Of a stretch of DNA of 64,000 bases, positions 13,716 through 29,351 are shown piece after piece; positions within the stretch are counted from its first letter, which is position 1; every line of letters begins with the position of its first letter. The position numbers were made by a program, and so were the translations under genes. Below the pieces are notes generated by a model. That model made no database searches. It was not told where the DNA came from and saw only the letters and a list, made by a program, of their open reading frames with translations. Source of the stretch: Octopus vulgaris (Eukaryota); contig OX597814.1 in NCBI GenBank assembly GCA_951406725.2, forward strand, positions 183,520,001-183,584,000, written 5' to 3'.

Positions 13716-14351
13716 TACACACACCAACTAATACATACTAATACGTACTAATACATACTAGTACATACTAATACTTACACCAACCCTATACATACACACG
13801 TCCAGACCCCGCATACGCACTTATACTCTCTCTCACACACACACACACCTATACATACCAATACGTACTAATACATACTAATACATACTAATACATACAC
13901 CAACCCCATACATACGCACGTCCAGACCAATCTTACGCACTAATACTCTCTCATACACACACACACACACACACACACCCTTATACATACTAATACATAC
14001 ACCAACCCTATACATACACACATCCAGACCCCTCCCACGCACTTTTAGCTGGTCCCTCAACCCATTTATCAACCCTATTATCTCCCCTTATTTCGCTCTC
14101 GCGTCTCATGTTTGATCTTTGACCTCTGGCCGAAATCAGATCGCCATGTTGATTCGTTAGCTACTGCACGCATTTTTTTTCTCTCCTTCTTTCTGTGTTT
14201 TTCTCTCTCTGTGTATCTTTCTGTTGAAGAGCGTAGGCTCGAAACGTTAAAGACTTGTTTTATTTATATTTCCTGAGCGCCATACTAATACAATTGTTCG
14301 TTTGTTTTCCACCTGCCTTCGTCTTTTGTTTATTTTCATAAAGCTTCCCGT

Positions 14352-14354
<3 letters not shown>
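13702..14354 (+). repeat. 3' pseudo-LTR of the Penelope-like element
   Basis: Direct repeat of 9133-9782. Confidence 0.92.
14216..14253 (+). ncRNA. Minimal hammerhead ribozyme variant in 3' pseudo-LTR
   Basis: Identical to 9642-9679. Confidence 0.7.
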
Positions 14355-14383
<29 letters not shown>

Positions 14384-14391
14384 TACATAAG

Positions 14392-14423
<32 letters not shown>

Positions 14424-14548
14424 AGTATATATATATATATACATATATACATAAGTATATATATATATATACATATATACATAAGTATATATATGTATAT
14501 ATATACATAAGTATATATATATATATATATACATAAGTATATATATAT

Positions 14549-15328
14549 AACAATAATAAATCTCTGAGCGAGATATAAACAGTAACTGCTCTATAACATA
14601 AGGGGGATCAGCCATCTGAATGTGGCTAGGGTCAGGGCGGAGTGGTGGGGGTGTTACTGATGCATTTAGCCCCAGGCGAACATCAACGTCACCAGAAGGG
14701 CTGACACCATCTCGGTGTCCTTGCCAGCCTGCAAAGGGAGATCAGCCTCCCTGAAGATACGGATACTACACACGGACCGGTTTCGAGGTCCGTGTGTACT
14801 ATCCGTATCTTCGGGGAGGCTGATCTCCCTTTGCAGGCTGGCAAGGACACCGAGATGGTGTCAGCCCTTCTGGTGACGTTGATGTTCGCCTGGGGCTAAA
14901 TGCATCAGTAACACCCCCACCACCCCGCCCTGACCCTAGCCACATTCAGATGGCTGATTCCCCTTATGTTATAGAGCAGTTACTGTTTATATCTCGCTCA
15001 GAGATTTATTATTGTTTTCGAACGGATTTTCTACGCCAGTGACTGTGTTTACTGTGAAAATCCCTATATATCCAGCCTGTAGGGGAGGTCCCTCAACGAA
15101 GAGCGGTGCTTACCATACGTTAACAAGAGGCAATAACCTCGAAACCGGTCCGTGTGTAGTATACGTATCTTCGGGGAGGCTGATCTCCCTTTGCAGGCTG
15201 GCAAGGACACCGAGATGGTGTCAGCCCTTCTGGTGACGTTGATGTTCGCCTGGGGCTAAATGCATCAGTAACACCCCCACCACCCCGCCCTGACCCTAGC
15301 CACATTCAGATGGCTGATCCCCCTTATG

Positions 15329-15331
<3 letters not shown>
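14549..15331 (+). mobile_element. Non-coding retrozyme-like element: 360-nt monomer + half monomer + inverted partial copy
   Basis: 14791-14971 recurs at 15151-15331 (period 360); 14549-14788 is the reverse complement of the region from just before the junction to 15016; HHR fold spans the monomer junction; (TA)-rich flanks. Confidence 0.75.
15114..15156 (+). ncRNA. Hammerhead-like fold with atypical core
   Basis: catacg-TTAACAA-gagg-caataa-cctc-GAAA-ccgg-TC-cgtgtg: 6-bp helix I, 4-bp helix II, palindromic accggt, GUC triplet. Confidence 0.65.
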
Positions 15332-15371
<40 letters not shown>

Positions 15372-16444
15372 AGTATATGTATATATATATATATATACAC
15401 ATATGTCAGCCATCAAATGTAATCCAACTACGAGTACCATGTGAATTTTGTAAAACAAGCATGTGAGCTTCCAGACCTGACATAATCAGTAATAATGATG
15501 TCTAGCGTCGGAACAAGGTCAAAATGCTACAGTTGCTATGTTTGATGAAGTGTGTCATGTGTGTATGTTTTCCTGTTTTGGATTTCAGAGTTGAGAGACG
15601 TAATATTAGGATGTAATTGTTGGAATATGCCAGAGAAATAACAATCAGTATTTCTAAAATATCGGATATCGTGAAATACAATTTATAGCGGGATTTTCGT
15701 TGCACCATATATTTTCAAGTAAACACAGACAAAATGCCGCTAAGCATTTTCCCTGCTCACCATACTAATGATTGTGTCTGCTCGCCGTCTTAGATTTACA
15801 AATAATATTAATTAGTTGTTTAAGGCAGAATCGTTAGTGTGTCGGGCGAAAAACTTAGCGGTATTTCATCCGTCTCTGTGTTTGAGTAAAATTTCGTCGA
15901 GGTAGACTTTACCTTTTATTGTTTCGGGGTCAAAATATGTACCAGTTGAGATGCATTTCTTTGAGAGTGCACATGTCTATGGTGTACTCAGCTACTTGCA
16001 CGTTAATTTCACGAGCAGATTGTTCCGTTGACCCGATCAACCGGAATCTTTGTCGTCGTAACCAACGGATTGACAGTTATAAAACCTCAATATTTTAGTA
16101 TTCTCTATGTGATCCTTAGCTATTTTCCGTGCCATTGCACAACTGTGGATCATTTCACTTATGCAGCAGCATAACTGAAATTTAATATCCTGGAAGAATT
16201 TTCAAATGCATTGGTTTGAAGTTATGACTATTTCCTAGTCACAGGAAATGCATTGCGCTATGTATCCTGGCCCTTTAAATACTGAGTTCAAATTTTGCAT
16301 ATGTTTCTACAGGATCAATTAGATGATGTGCCAGTCAACTATTGAAGCCAATTTAATCAGCTAACCCTTCCTTTCAAATTAATGACCTCGTGCATATGCT
16401 TGAAACAACTTGATTTCCGAAACATTATTCTTATTTTACTGAAA

Positions 16445-16675
16445 GACGGCGAGCTGGCAGAAACGTTAGCACGACAGGCGAAATGCGTTGCTATATTTCG
16501 TCTGTCGTTACGTTGTGAGTTCAAATTCCGCCGAGGTCGACTTTGCCTTTCATTCTTTTCGGGGTCGATAAATAAAGTACCAGTTACGCACTGGGGTCGA
16601 TGTAATCGACTTAATCCCTTTGTCTGTCCTTGTTTGTCCCCTCTATGTTTAGCCCCTTGTGGGCAATAAAGAAAT
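16445..16675 (+). mobile_element. SINE family C
   Basis: Homologous to 4201-4432. Confidence 0.8.
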
Positions 16676-17185
16676 ATATACTTATTTTACAGCATAACAA
16701 TTGCTACAATGCGCCAATGATTACAAAGTAAAATTGACATTATTAATGGAAAGACAAGTTCATTTAGTTGGGTAAGTGTAATGTTTATTGACTCAATACC
16801 TGTCTGTTACTAGTTATAAAAGTATCAACACTTCATTGTTCGCTTTAAGATCAATGAAAGAAGTTAAATCTTAAGTGATGATAGGTAAAGACAACACCAG
16901 GAAGATTTGAACTCACAAGGTACGAAAAGTAAAGTAATTTTGTTCAGCTCTAATGTATCAAGCATCACACTGTTCTTACAGCATTGATCTTACATAGGTG
17001 CAAACATATATTTTATAGAAGATAATGACATACTTAAAGGGATACAAGAAAAAGGAATTGAGTACAAATAAAACTCAAAACCGGATAATCGAATACGCAC
17101 TCTTTGAAAGTTTTCTGTTGCATGCTGCAAGGCATTTGTTTACTTTTCCCACCTTCTTTCTGTCTCTCATAAAACACATGCACTA

Positions 17186-17292
<107 letters not shown>

Positions 17293-18214
17293 AATATGAA
17301 TATATGCATGTGTGTATTTTCAACTGAGAATGAGAAAATCTTTTCGAACGAAACGACACAGCTGACCGTATCGACTTACAAATATCACTGGTACCTCCTT
17401 TACTCAGCCGTAAGATATCAAATACATACATGAATCTTGTATGATAATTTTAATCTAATGTCCTTCAGCGTACACAGATATTAACTACTTCTGACTAGTA
17501 TAGAAAATAATGCCCGTCTATTAAAATCCATTTTTGTATGCTGTTAGATTTTCTGAAATTATATCTCGGAGCCCTCTGAACATTTATAACTTCGCGCTCT
17601 TTTATTTAGTGAAAAGAAATCGATTTTAATAGCAACACTTCCAGCCATTCTGTCTTACAACTGAGGCTAATATACGCAATATAATTCAGTGATAACGAAC
17701 CTCATAAGACGCTGTAGCATAAGTCTTACATTTCAGTAAAATTCACTTTAATAAGTTATTTGTATATGAGATTGTCGTATCGAAGGAAGCAGACTTGGTC
17801 ACCTGTTAGACGAGCCTGCTACAACATGCAGCCTCTGACGAAACTCTGGGATAAAACAAAACACGTGTTGTTGCTATCGTGATTATCAAGTTATTATCTT
17901 GAATCTCAGACTTTTTGGTGTGATTCCTTTATTTTAAGTGGCCTGAAGTTGTTTCTTTGAGACTCTCACCTCCGTGAATCATTCGCTTTCATCTTTACAA
18001 TTTTCTCCCCTACTCCAGCAGACAATGAACTCGATTTTTACAACTGAATTCACAACGTAGAAATACAATATCTCACTTGGATTACGGCAACAGTTAACAA
18101 GGATGAAAGTTTGCCTTCCCTACTCATCTACATGCAATTCAATATGTATCTGCCACTTCCGTAAGTCTTTCAGTGAAATTTACTATTCTTAGCATATCAT
18201 TGCTAATATATATA

Positions 18215-18251
<37 letters not shown>

Positions 18252-18252
<1 letters not shown>

Positions 18253-18284
18253 CTTAGAATAACTTAGAAAGGTTTTGGCCGGTA
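18252..18284 (-). mobile_element. ~33-bp 3' tail fragment of the CR1/L2-group LINE
   Basis: Reverse complement of TAC(C/T)GGCCAAAACCTTTCTAAGTTATTCTAAGT seen at 28361-28394. Confidence 0.65.
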
Positions 18285-18296
18285 CACACATATATG

Positions 18297-18334
<38 letters not shown>

Positions 18335-18336
<2 letters not shown>

Positions 18337-18634
18337 CAACAATCAAGGAACGGCCATAATAGGCCATTCACCCACTAGAAATAACAGCCAAAGCTTCAAC
18401 CGCAAATAAAAGTTAATTCTGTAAACCAGGAGAAAATTTAAAAAACATTTACCCTGTAATTTCTTATACGATTTACCATTAATCAGCAGATGAAACGGTA
18501 TATCGTATAAGAAATTACAGGGTAAATGTTTTTAAATTTTCTCCTGGTTTACAGAATTAACTTTTATTTGCGGTTGAAGCTTTGGCTGTTATTCTAGTGG
18601 GTGAATGGTATATGGCCGTTCCTTGATTGTTGTT
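18335..18634. repeat. Inverted repeat, ~135-bp arms, ~29-bp spacer
   Basis: 18335-18472 is the reverse complement of 18502-18634 with few differences. Confidence 0.9.
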
Positions 18635-18804
18635 GTTGAACTTAAAAATGGTCTATGACTATTTAATTTTTTCCTACTAGGCCGCTGGTGGCAAAAGAAT
18701 TCTACAAAATTTTTTTTTGCCACCCTATATTGATTAATATATATATATATATATATGTATGTTTATATATATATATATATATACATATATACACACATAT
18801 GTAT

Positions 18805-18868
<64 letters not shown>

Positions 18869-18869
18869 G

Positions 18870-18909
<40 letters not shown>

Positions 18910-18950
18910 TACATACATATACACACACATATATGTATATATATATACGT

Positions 18951-18981
<31 letters not shown>

Positions 18982-19014
18982 CTGTATACATATATATATA
19001 CACATATATATACA

Positions 19015-19072
<58 letters not shown>

Positions 19073-19309
19073 AATATGCATACAAACACACACACACACA
19101 CACACATATATACATATGCATACAACCGCCCCCCCGCACACACGCACACATATATATAATATCCATATATAATTAAGTCAGCAATATACTTCAGCCTATA
19201 AGCTTACTGGCGCATAGTCTCTTCTGCCTCACTTGTGTACTATTTCCAAAATAGCTCTGCTGTTCTGAAATAGCTATTTATTTATGTATGTATTTTTTAA
19301 TCCCCGATT

Positions 19310-19525
19310 CAGGCGACGAAATGGTAGAATCATTTGCAACGTCGGGCAAACATGCTTAGGGTAATTTCTTCTCGCTCTTTACGTTCTGTGATCAAATTCC
19401 GTTCAGGTCGACTTCGCAATTCATTTACCTCGATAAAATTTGTACCAGTTGAACACTAAGTTGATGTAATCGACTGACCTCACACTTGCCTAAAATTGCC
19501 AGTCTTGTTCCAAAAATTTGAAACA
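19310..19525 (+). mobile_element. SINE family C, old copy
   Basis: GGCGACGAAATGGTAGAATC...TACGTTCTG..TCAAATTCCG...GATGTAATCGAC. Confidence 0.6.
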
Positions 19526-19915
19526 TATATTTAAAGAGGTTGAAGCTGATGACCCTATCCTTTATTACATTCATAACAACAATCCTTTTCCGTTTATACT
19601 TCATTATTACTCACCCGTAATCATCCCAATTTAAATACATTTTCTCATAGTTATTCTATTTCCCCTAACCTAACTTTATGATCATATAATATACCTGCAG
19701 TCGCATTATATACACACATCATTCATTCTAACTGAAGTTTGCAAAGATTAAGACAAACAATTTCAGAAAGAAAGGATGATTTTCATTTTCATTATTATTT
19801 TACTAAGTAATTTCACTTTCAGTCATAATAATATATTATATGATTTTAAAATTTCCCTCTGCTAAGCACTTTATATTTCTCTCTTTCTATCTACCTCTTC
19901 GACAAACTTTTTAGC

Positions 19916-20488
<573 letters not shown>

Positions 20489-20661
20489 GTTTAAATATTT
20501 GTTGTGCAAACTGGCAATATGACCATTCCGAAATATAACATATAATATAAATATATATATATATATATATACTTTGATACTTTGATACTTTGATAGGTTT
20601 CGGCCATTATTGGCCCAGGCCATGTCTAACTTAATAGCACCACCTGGTGAAGTCTTTCAAG

Positions 20662-23600
20662 TCAGAATTTGGGCACTATGGCCCACTCAAGTAGAGAGTT
20701 ATTGTTTACAGAGACATATCCAGGTGTAGGGGGTTTATCCGGGATTTCTTGAAGGAATCTGTCCAAAGACTTCTTGAACCCTATAGGGTCAGTTTCTGTT
20801 TTAATGTGTTTTGGTGTAATGTTAAAGAGAGCGGGGCCAATTGAGGTGAAATAATTGTGCCGTATTGTTGTTATGAGATGAGAGTGCGATTTTTGTTTTG
20901 GGCGGATGGCACGGGGCCCAAGCCTTGGATGTACCTTAAAGGTGATGCCAACATCATTTGGGCAATGCTGATGGAATATTTTCCACATCATGCAGATGAT
21001 GTAGCGCTCACGACGACGTTGGAGAGAATAGAGTTTTAGCTTTTCTAGCCGACCCCAATAGTCGAGGCCTGTCATGCCATCTATCTTTTTTGTGGTTGCC
21101 CTTTGAGGTGCTTCAACTTTTATGATACCTTGTATTGTGTGGGGAGACCACAGTGGACAACAGTATTCAAGGTGGGGTCGGGCAAAAGTGGAGAAGAGAA
21201 GGATAATGGTGTGGATATCTCTCGACTGGAAAGTTCTGAGAATCCAGGAACACATTCTGCGGGCCATGTCAACTTTGGTGTTTATATGAGTGGCCCAGCT
21301 TACGTTGTTGTCCACAATTACTCCCAAGTCTCTGATGTTGTTGGACGCCGCGAGAGTTTCACCTGAAGGAAGGGAGTATGGGAGTTTCAGGGCATCCTCT
21401 TTTCCAAAGTGGATTAGCTCAAATTTATCCTCGTTCAGCAGCATATTGTTTTTTTCTGCCCATTGGATAACAGCCAGTAGATCTGACTGAAGGCATGTCC
21501 GGTCACTCGCCTCATTTATGACCTTCTGTAGCTTGGAGTCACCTGCAAAGATTTTTATGTTGCTGTGCTTGATGATGTCATTAATGTCATTAATGTAAAT
21601 GATGAAAAGAAGTGGGCCCAGCACAGTGCCTTGCGGAACGCCACTACTGACTTTGGCTGGGCTTGATTTTACCCCTTCAACTACAACATGTTGAGATCTG
21701 TCTGTCAGGAAACACTTAATCCATTTCAGTAACTTTCCAGAGACACCAATGTTGGATAGTTTTTTCAATAGGATCTTGTGATCGACCCTGTCGAAGGCCT
21801 TACTGAAATCAAGGTAGATGACATCGGTGTTGGAGCCCTCTCCCAAAGCTCTCAAAATGTCCTCAAAGTGATGCAGGAGCTGCGTTAGGCAGTCCCTTCC
21901 ATTACGGAACCCATGTTGGTTGGAGATCAGCCGTCTGTTGCTTTCCAGAAATTGGGTTATTTGAGATCTCACCACCCTCTCAAATACCTTGATGATATGA
22001 GAGGTGAGTGAGATCGGACGGTAATTCACTGCAAGGGACTTGTTTCCCTTTTTGAAAACTGGGACAACAGACTGGGACAGAAGGTTTTTTGGAATATAGC
22101 CAGCATCCAGTGAGTTTCTCCACAGATTAGCAAGGGGAGATGCAAGTTGGTGTCGACACACCTTCAGGACACAAGCAGGGAACCTATCGGGGCCTACTGC
22201 TGAATTGTGTTTTATTTCGTTTATCGCCGCTAAGACATCAGGGGCACTAAACGTTATGTCCGATATAGTGTGTTGGGGGTTGACATCACTGATACAGCCC
22301 AGATCGGCCATATCAGGATTGCTGAAAACAGAGCAGTATTGTTTCTGCGGTATCTCGGCCATGGATTTGGCATTATCTTGGAGAGTGCCAGTTTCGTCAA
22401 TTAGAGGGCCTACAGTGGAGACAGTGACCCTGCGTTTCCTCGCAAATGAAAAGAACACTTTGGGGTTGAGTTTGATTTTTTCAATGGCCCACTTCTCCTC
22501 AGCTGATCTTTGGTTATTGATGAGGGTCTTCATGCATTGTTGGAGGTTATATTTTTTGGATTCAAGCAGTGCGATAGCCGTCGAATGTGTGTGTTGCTGT
22601 TGGCAGTACTTTAGTTTGTTAATTTTTTTGTTTGTTCTTTTTATTTTTCTGATAATGGTTTTTCTGTTTTGGGGGATTCTGCACTTTTTGTTCACAGGTC
22701 TTGGTGGGGAGTGTTTTGCACATATGTCTGTGACGGTGTCTACAAAGATCTGCCAAGATGTTTTATGGTTGGTGGAGATGTGTGTATGTGTAAAGGACCA
22801 GTCAACATTTGATAGCTCGTTCCTGATTGCATCCCAGTTGGCTTTATGGAGATCCATGTTGTCAAATGGGTGGGCTGGAGGAAGGTCACTAGGATTAGCT
22901 TTCGGCTGGTGGAATTTCATGTTACAGAGAACCATGTCATGGTCTAAAAGAAGGGTTTTTTCCACTGTAACGTTATGTATAGTGTTAGTGTGGTTACTAA
23001 ACACTAGGTCCAAAATGTTCTGATGTCTTGTTGGTGCAAGGACAAGTTGGGACAAGAAAAACTCATTCGTAAAGTCGAAAAGTGACTCTGCTGCTTCTTT
23101 GTCAGCGGTTGAGGCGGGAGTGCTTGGTTTCAAACAGTTTGTAGTCCAGTCAACACAGGGTAGATTGAAGTCTCCCATCATGAGTATGTTGCTAGAATGG
23201 CACTGTTGAATAAAGCACTTAATGCTGTTGAGGCATTCTTTAAAGCACAGTATGGGTGTTTGGGGCGGCCTATAGAGCCCAATTACTGTCAGGTCATTGG
23301 CTTTGTTGTGCACGGTGACTGATTCACAGTAGCCGTTGGAGAATATACTATTTCCATCTGCCGTAAATGAATCATGCAGGAAAATGGCAGTTCCACCCTT
23401 CCTCCTGCCGATACGATCCGCGCGGATGGTTGTGAAATTCTTCACTCTCACTTCGGCTTCCAAGTGGGAGTTGTCAAGGTGGGTCTCAGTGAGAATGAAG
23501 AAAGGGATGTGGTGTGAATGGTTACCAACCCAGTCTTCAATGAATTGGACCTTCCATTTTTGTGCATTGATGGAAGGGCTGACACCTTGTGCATTGAGTA

Positions 23601-23697
23601 GGAATGTGGAGGTTAGTGTAGTGGCTGGTTTTGACTGTTGCAGGGGGCTTGGATTTTTTGTGTGTGTTAGTGGCAGCAATGTGGGGAATTGGTGCAC
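20662..23697 (-). CDS. LINE ORF2: APE endonuclease + reverse transcriptase
   Basis: LTETHL, GLYRPP, MGDFNLP, LDLVF, DHD; [45 protein letters not shown] (instead of FADD), RPHLEYC; start codon uncertain. Confidence 0.92.
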   Translation of the reverse strand: MHQFPTLLPLTHTKNPSPLQQSKPATTLTSTFLLNAQGVSPSINAQKWKVQFIEDWVGNHSHHIPFFILTETHLDNSHLEAEVRVKNFTTIRADRIGRRKGGTAIFLHDSFTADGNSIFSNGYCESVTVHNKANDLTVIGLYRPPQTPILCFKECLNSIKCFIQQCHSSNILMMGDFNLPCVDWTTNCLKPSTPASTADKEAAESLFDFTNEFFLSQLVLAPTRHQNILDLVFSNHTNTIHNVTVEKTLLLDHDMVLCNMKFHQPKANPSDLPPAHPFDNMDLHKANWDAIRNELSNVDWSFTHTHISTNHKTSWQIFVDTVTDICAKHSPPRPVNKKCRIPQNRKTIIRKIKRTNKKINKLKYCQQQHTHSTAIALLESKKYNLQQCMKTLINNQRSAEEKWAIEKIKLNPKVFFSFARKRRVTVSTVGPLIDETGTLQDNAKSMAEIPQKQYCSVFSNPDMADLGCISDVNPQHTISDITFSAPDVLAAINEIKHNSAVGPDRFPACVLKVCRHQLASPLANLWRNSLDAGYIPKNLLSQSVVPVFKKGNKSLAVNYRPISLTSHIIKVFERVVRSQITQFLESNRRLISNQHGFRNGRDCLTQLLHHFEDILRALGEGSNTDVIYLDFSKAFDRVDHKILLKKLSNIGVSGKLLKWIKCFLTDRSQHVVVEGVKSSPAKVSSGVPQGTVLGPLLFIIYINDINDIIKHSNIKIFAGDSKLQKVINEASDRTCLQSDLLAVIQWAEKNNMLLNEDKFELIHFGKEDALKLPYSLPSGETLAASNNIRDLGVIVDNNVSWATHINTKVDMARRMCSWILRTFQSRDIHTIILLFSTFARPHLEYCCPLWSPHTIQGIIKVEAPQRATTKKIDGMTGLDYWGRLEKLKLYSLQRRRERYIICMMWKIFHQHCPNDVGITFKVHPRLGPRAIRPKQKSHSHLITTIRHNYFTSIGPALFNITPKHIKTETDPIGFKKSLDRFLQEIPDKPPTPGYVSVNNNSLLEWAIVPKF

Positions 23698-23989
23698 TGG
23701 GGTAATAGCATAGGATGGTGTTGAGTGATGGCTAGAATGTTTTTGTGTATCTCTTTTGCCATGTTCAACATGGCTAAAAAAGAATTTTCCTGCTTAGGGA
23801 GCAGTTTTTGGCTGGAGGTGTGGTTGCACTGTTGGATAGGGTTGTAGTTTCCACTTTTGTTGTTGTTGTTTTTGTGTCTTCCTGAAAAGACTGGACCAGC
23901 ATTACTGCAGCATGGTGTGTTTCTATTTTTATTGTTATTCAGGTTTGTGTGTTGGCTTGAGGCCCCGTTTCTGTTTGTGCGTCGGGTCC

Positions 23990-24240
23990 CTGGAAGATGA
24001 GTGAAGGGACAGTCACTCAGTAGACATGTTCTCTCACGTTGGGAATACCGGCAGATTTTGGGACTCCGAGTTGTGTGTGTTTTGAATTTCGATTTACTAT
24101 TTGGTAGTGTTGATGTTATTGTGGGATGCGTGCTTTGGCCTTGGCCGGTAGTGCGTCTAGTGCCGGGTAGATGCGTGAAGATGCAGTCACTATTTGTGCA
24201 GAGTCTCTGGCGCAGTGAATAGCGGCATATTTGGGGATTT
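23990..24240 (-). other. ORF1-region segment with two CCCH zinc-finger-like motifs
   Basis: Manual translation: [21 protein letters not shown] (about 24168-24232) and [22 protein letters not shown] (about 23994-24060). Confidence 0.65.
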
Positions 24241-24295
24241 CTTGTTTGTGCCGTGGAAGGCGCATTCTGCTTCCTATGTTTCTTTAAGTTTTTGT

Positions 24296-28578
<4,283 letters not shown>

Positions 28579-28632
28579 GTGAATGGAAGAAATGGAGTTG
28601 AACGAAGATTGTACAGAATTACTTTTATTACA

Positions 28633-28712
28633 TTCTACACATGTTTCAAAGGCCACAATTTTCCAAATTCTGATTAAATAAGGATACCATATTGCAGCTT
28701 TCTCTTCAGGAA
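28633..28712 (-). ncRNA. Hammerhead-like motif with extended helix II in PLE 3' UTR
   Basis: ttc-CTGAAGA-g-aaagctgcaat...attgtggccttt-GAAA-catgtg-TA-gaa on the minus strand. Confidence 0.55.
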
Positions 28713-29351
28713 AAAGCAGGAATTACGTTGACAGAACAAAACAAAACAGAAGCGCAGCAAAGCAATTCGAACGAGGACGCTCCTTAAGAGCCCATGGTTA
28801 AACTGTTTATCAATGTACGTTGAAATCGGGGGGTTGGTGGAGGCCGACAAAAGGTCCGTTGGAATAATTACAGGTCAGGCCGCGGTCAAATCTAGTAGGT
28901 GAGGAATTAATGAGAACAAGGGGTGTGGAGATGTTCTGTGTGACCAAAACTAATGTTCTGAATATTTTAAGAATACAGGGTGTATTTTAGGGCGAGACAA
29001 AACCTACCTAAAAGCATGTATGTGTATACTAGCCTATGTGTGCGCGGCCGTATGTTGGCGAGGGGCGCTAGATAATGAGCACTGCTGAAAAAACCTGTCA
29101 GGCGGCTGAAAAAATTCTGTGTTCGTGTGTTCGTCTAGGCCTGCTTGTCTAAAAATTAACATCGTCAAAGAATCATAAGGGTATATATAATTCCAGCGTT
29201 TGCTTCCAAAAAAAACCGACCAATCGCCTAATGGGAGTAATTTCCCCTTGCAAGAGTTATTCATAGATTTTTTAAAAAGTTTTTTCAAAAATTATTTCCA
29301 AAAATTATTTTCATTTTAATAGGGTAACAAGGTGTTAATTGTCTTAGGTGT

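Larger units (their letters stand above)
9133..14354 (+). mobile_element. Penelope-like retroelement (Neptune-type), near full length, partial-tandem pseudo-LTR structure
   Basis: ~650-bp near-identical direct repeats 9133-9782 and 13702-14354; RT + GIY-YIG ORF between them; TA-rich microsatellite on both sides. Confidence 0.93.

Noticed and set aside
17830-17872. CTGACGA...AAAA-cacgtg-TT hammerhead-like string
   Set aside because: G12 is missing and helix II does not pair; too degenerate to call.
22205-23023. 272-aa plus-strand ORF and other antisense ORFs within LINE/PLE bodies
   Set aside because: Shadows of the RT ORFs on the opposite strand; no recognisable motifs.
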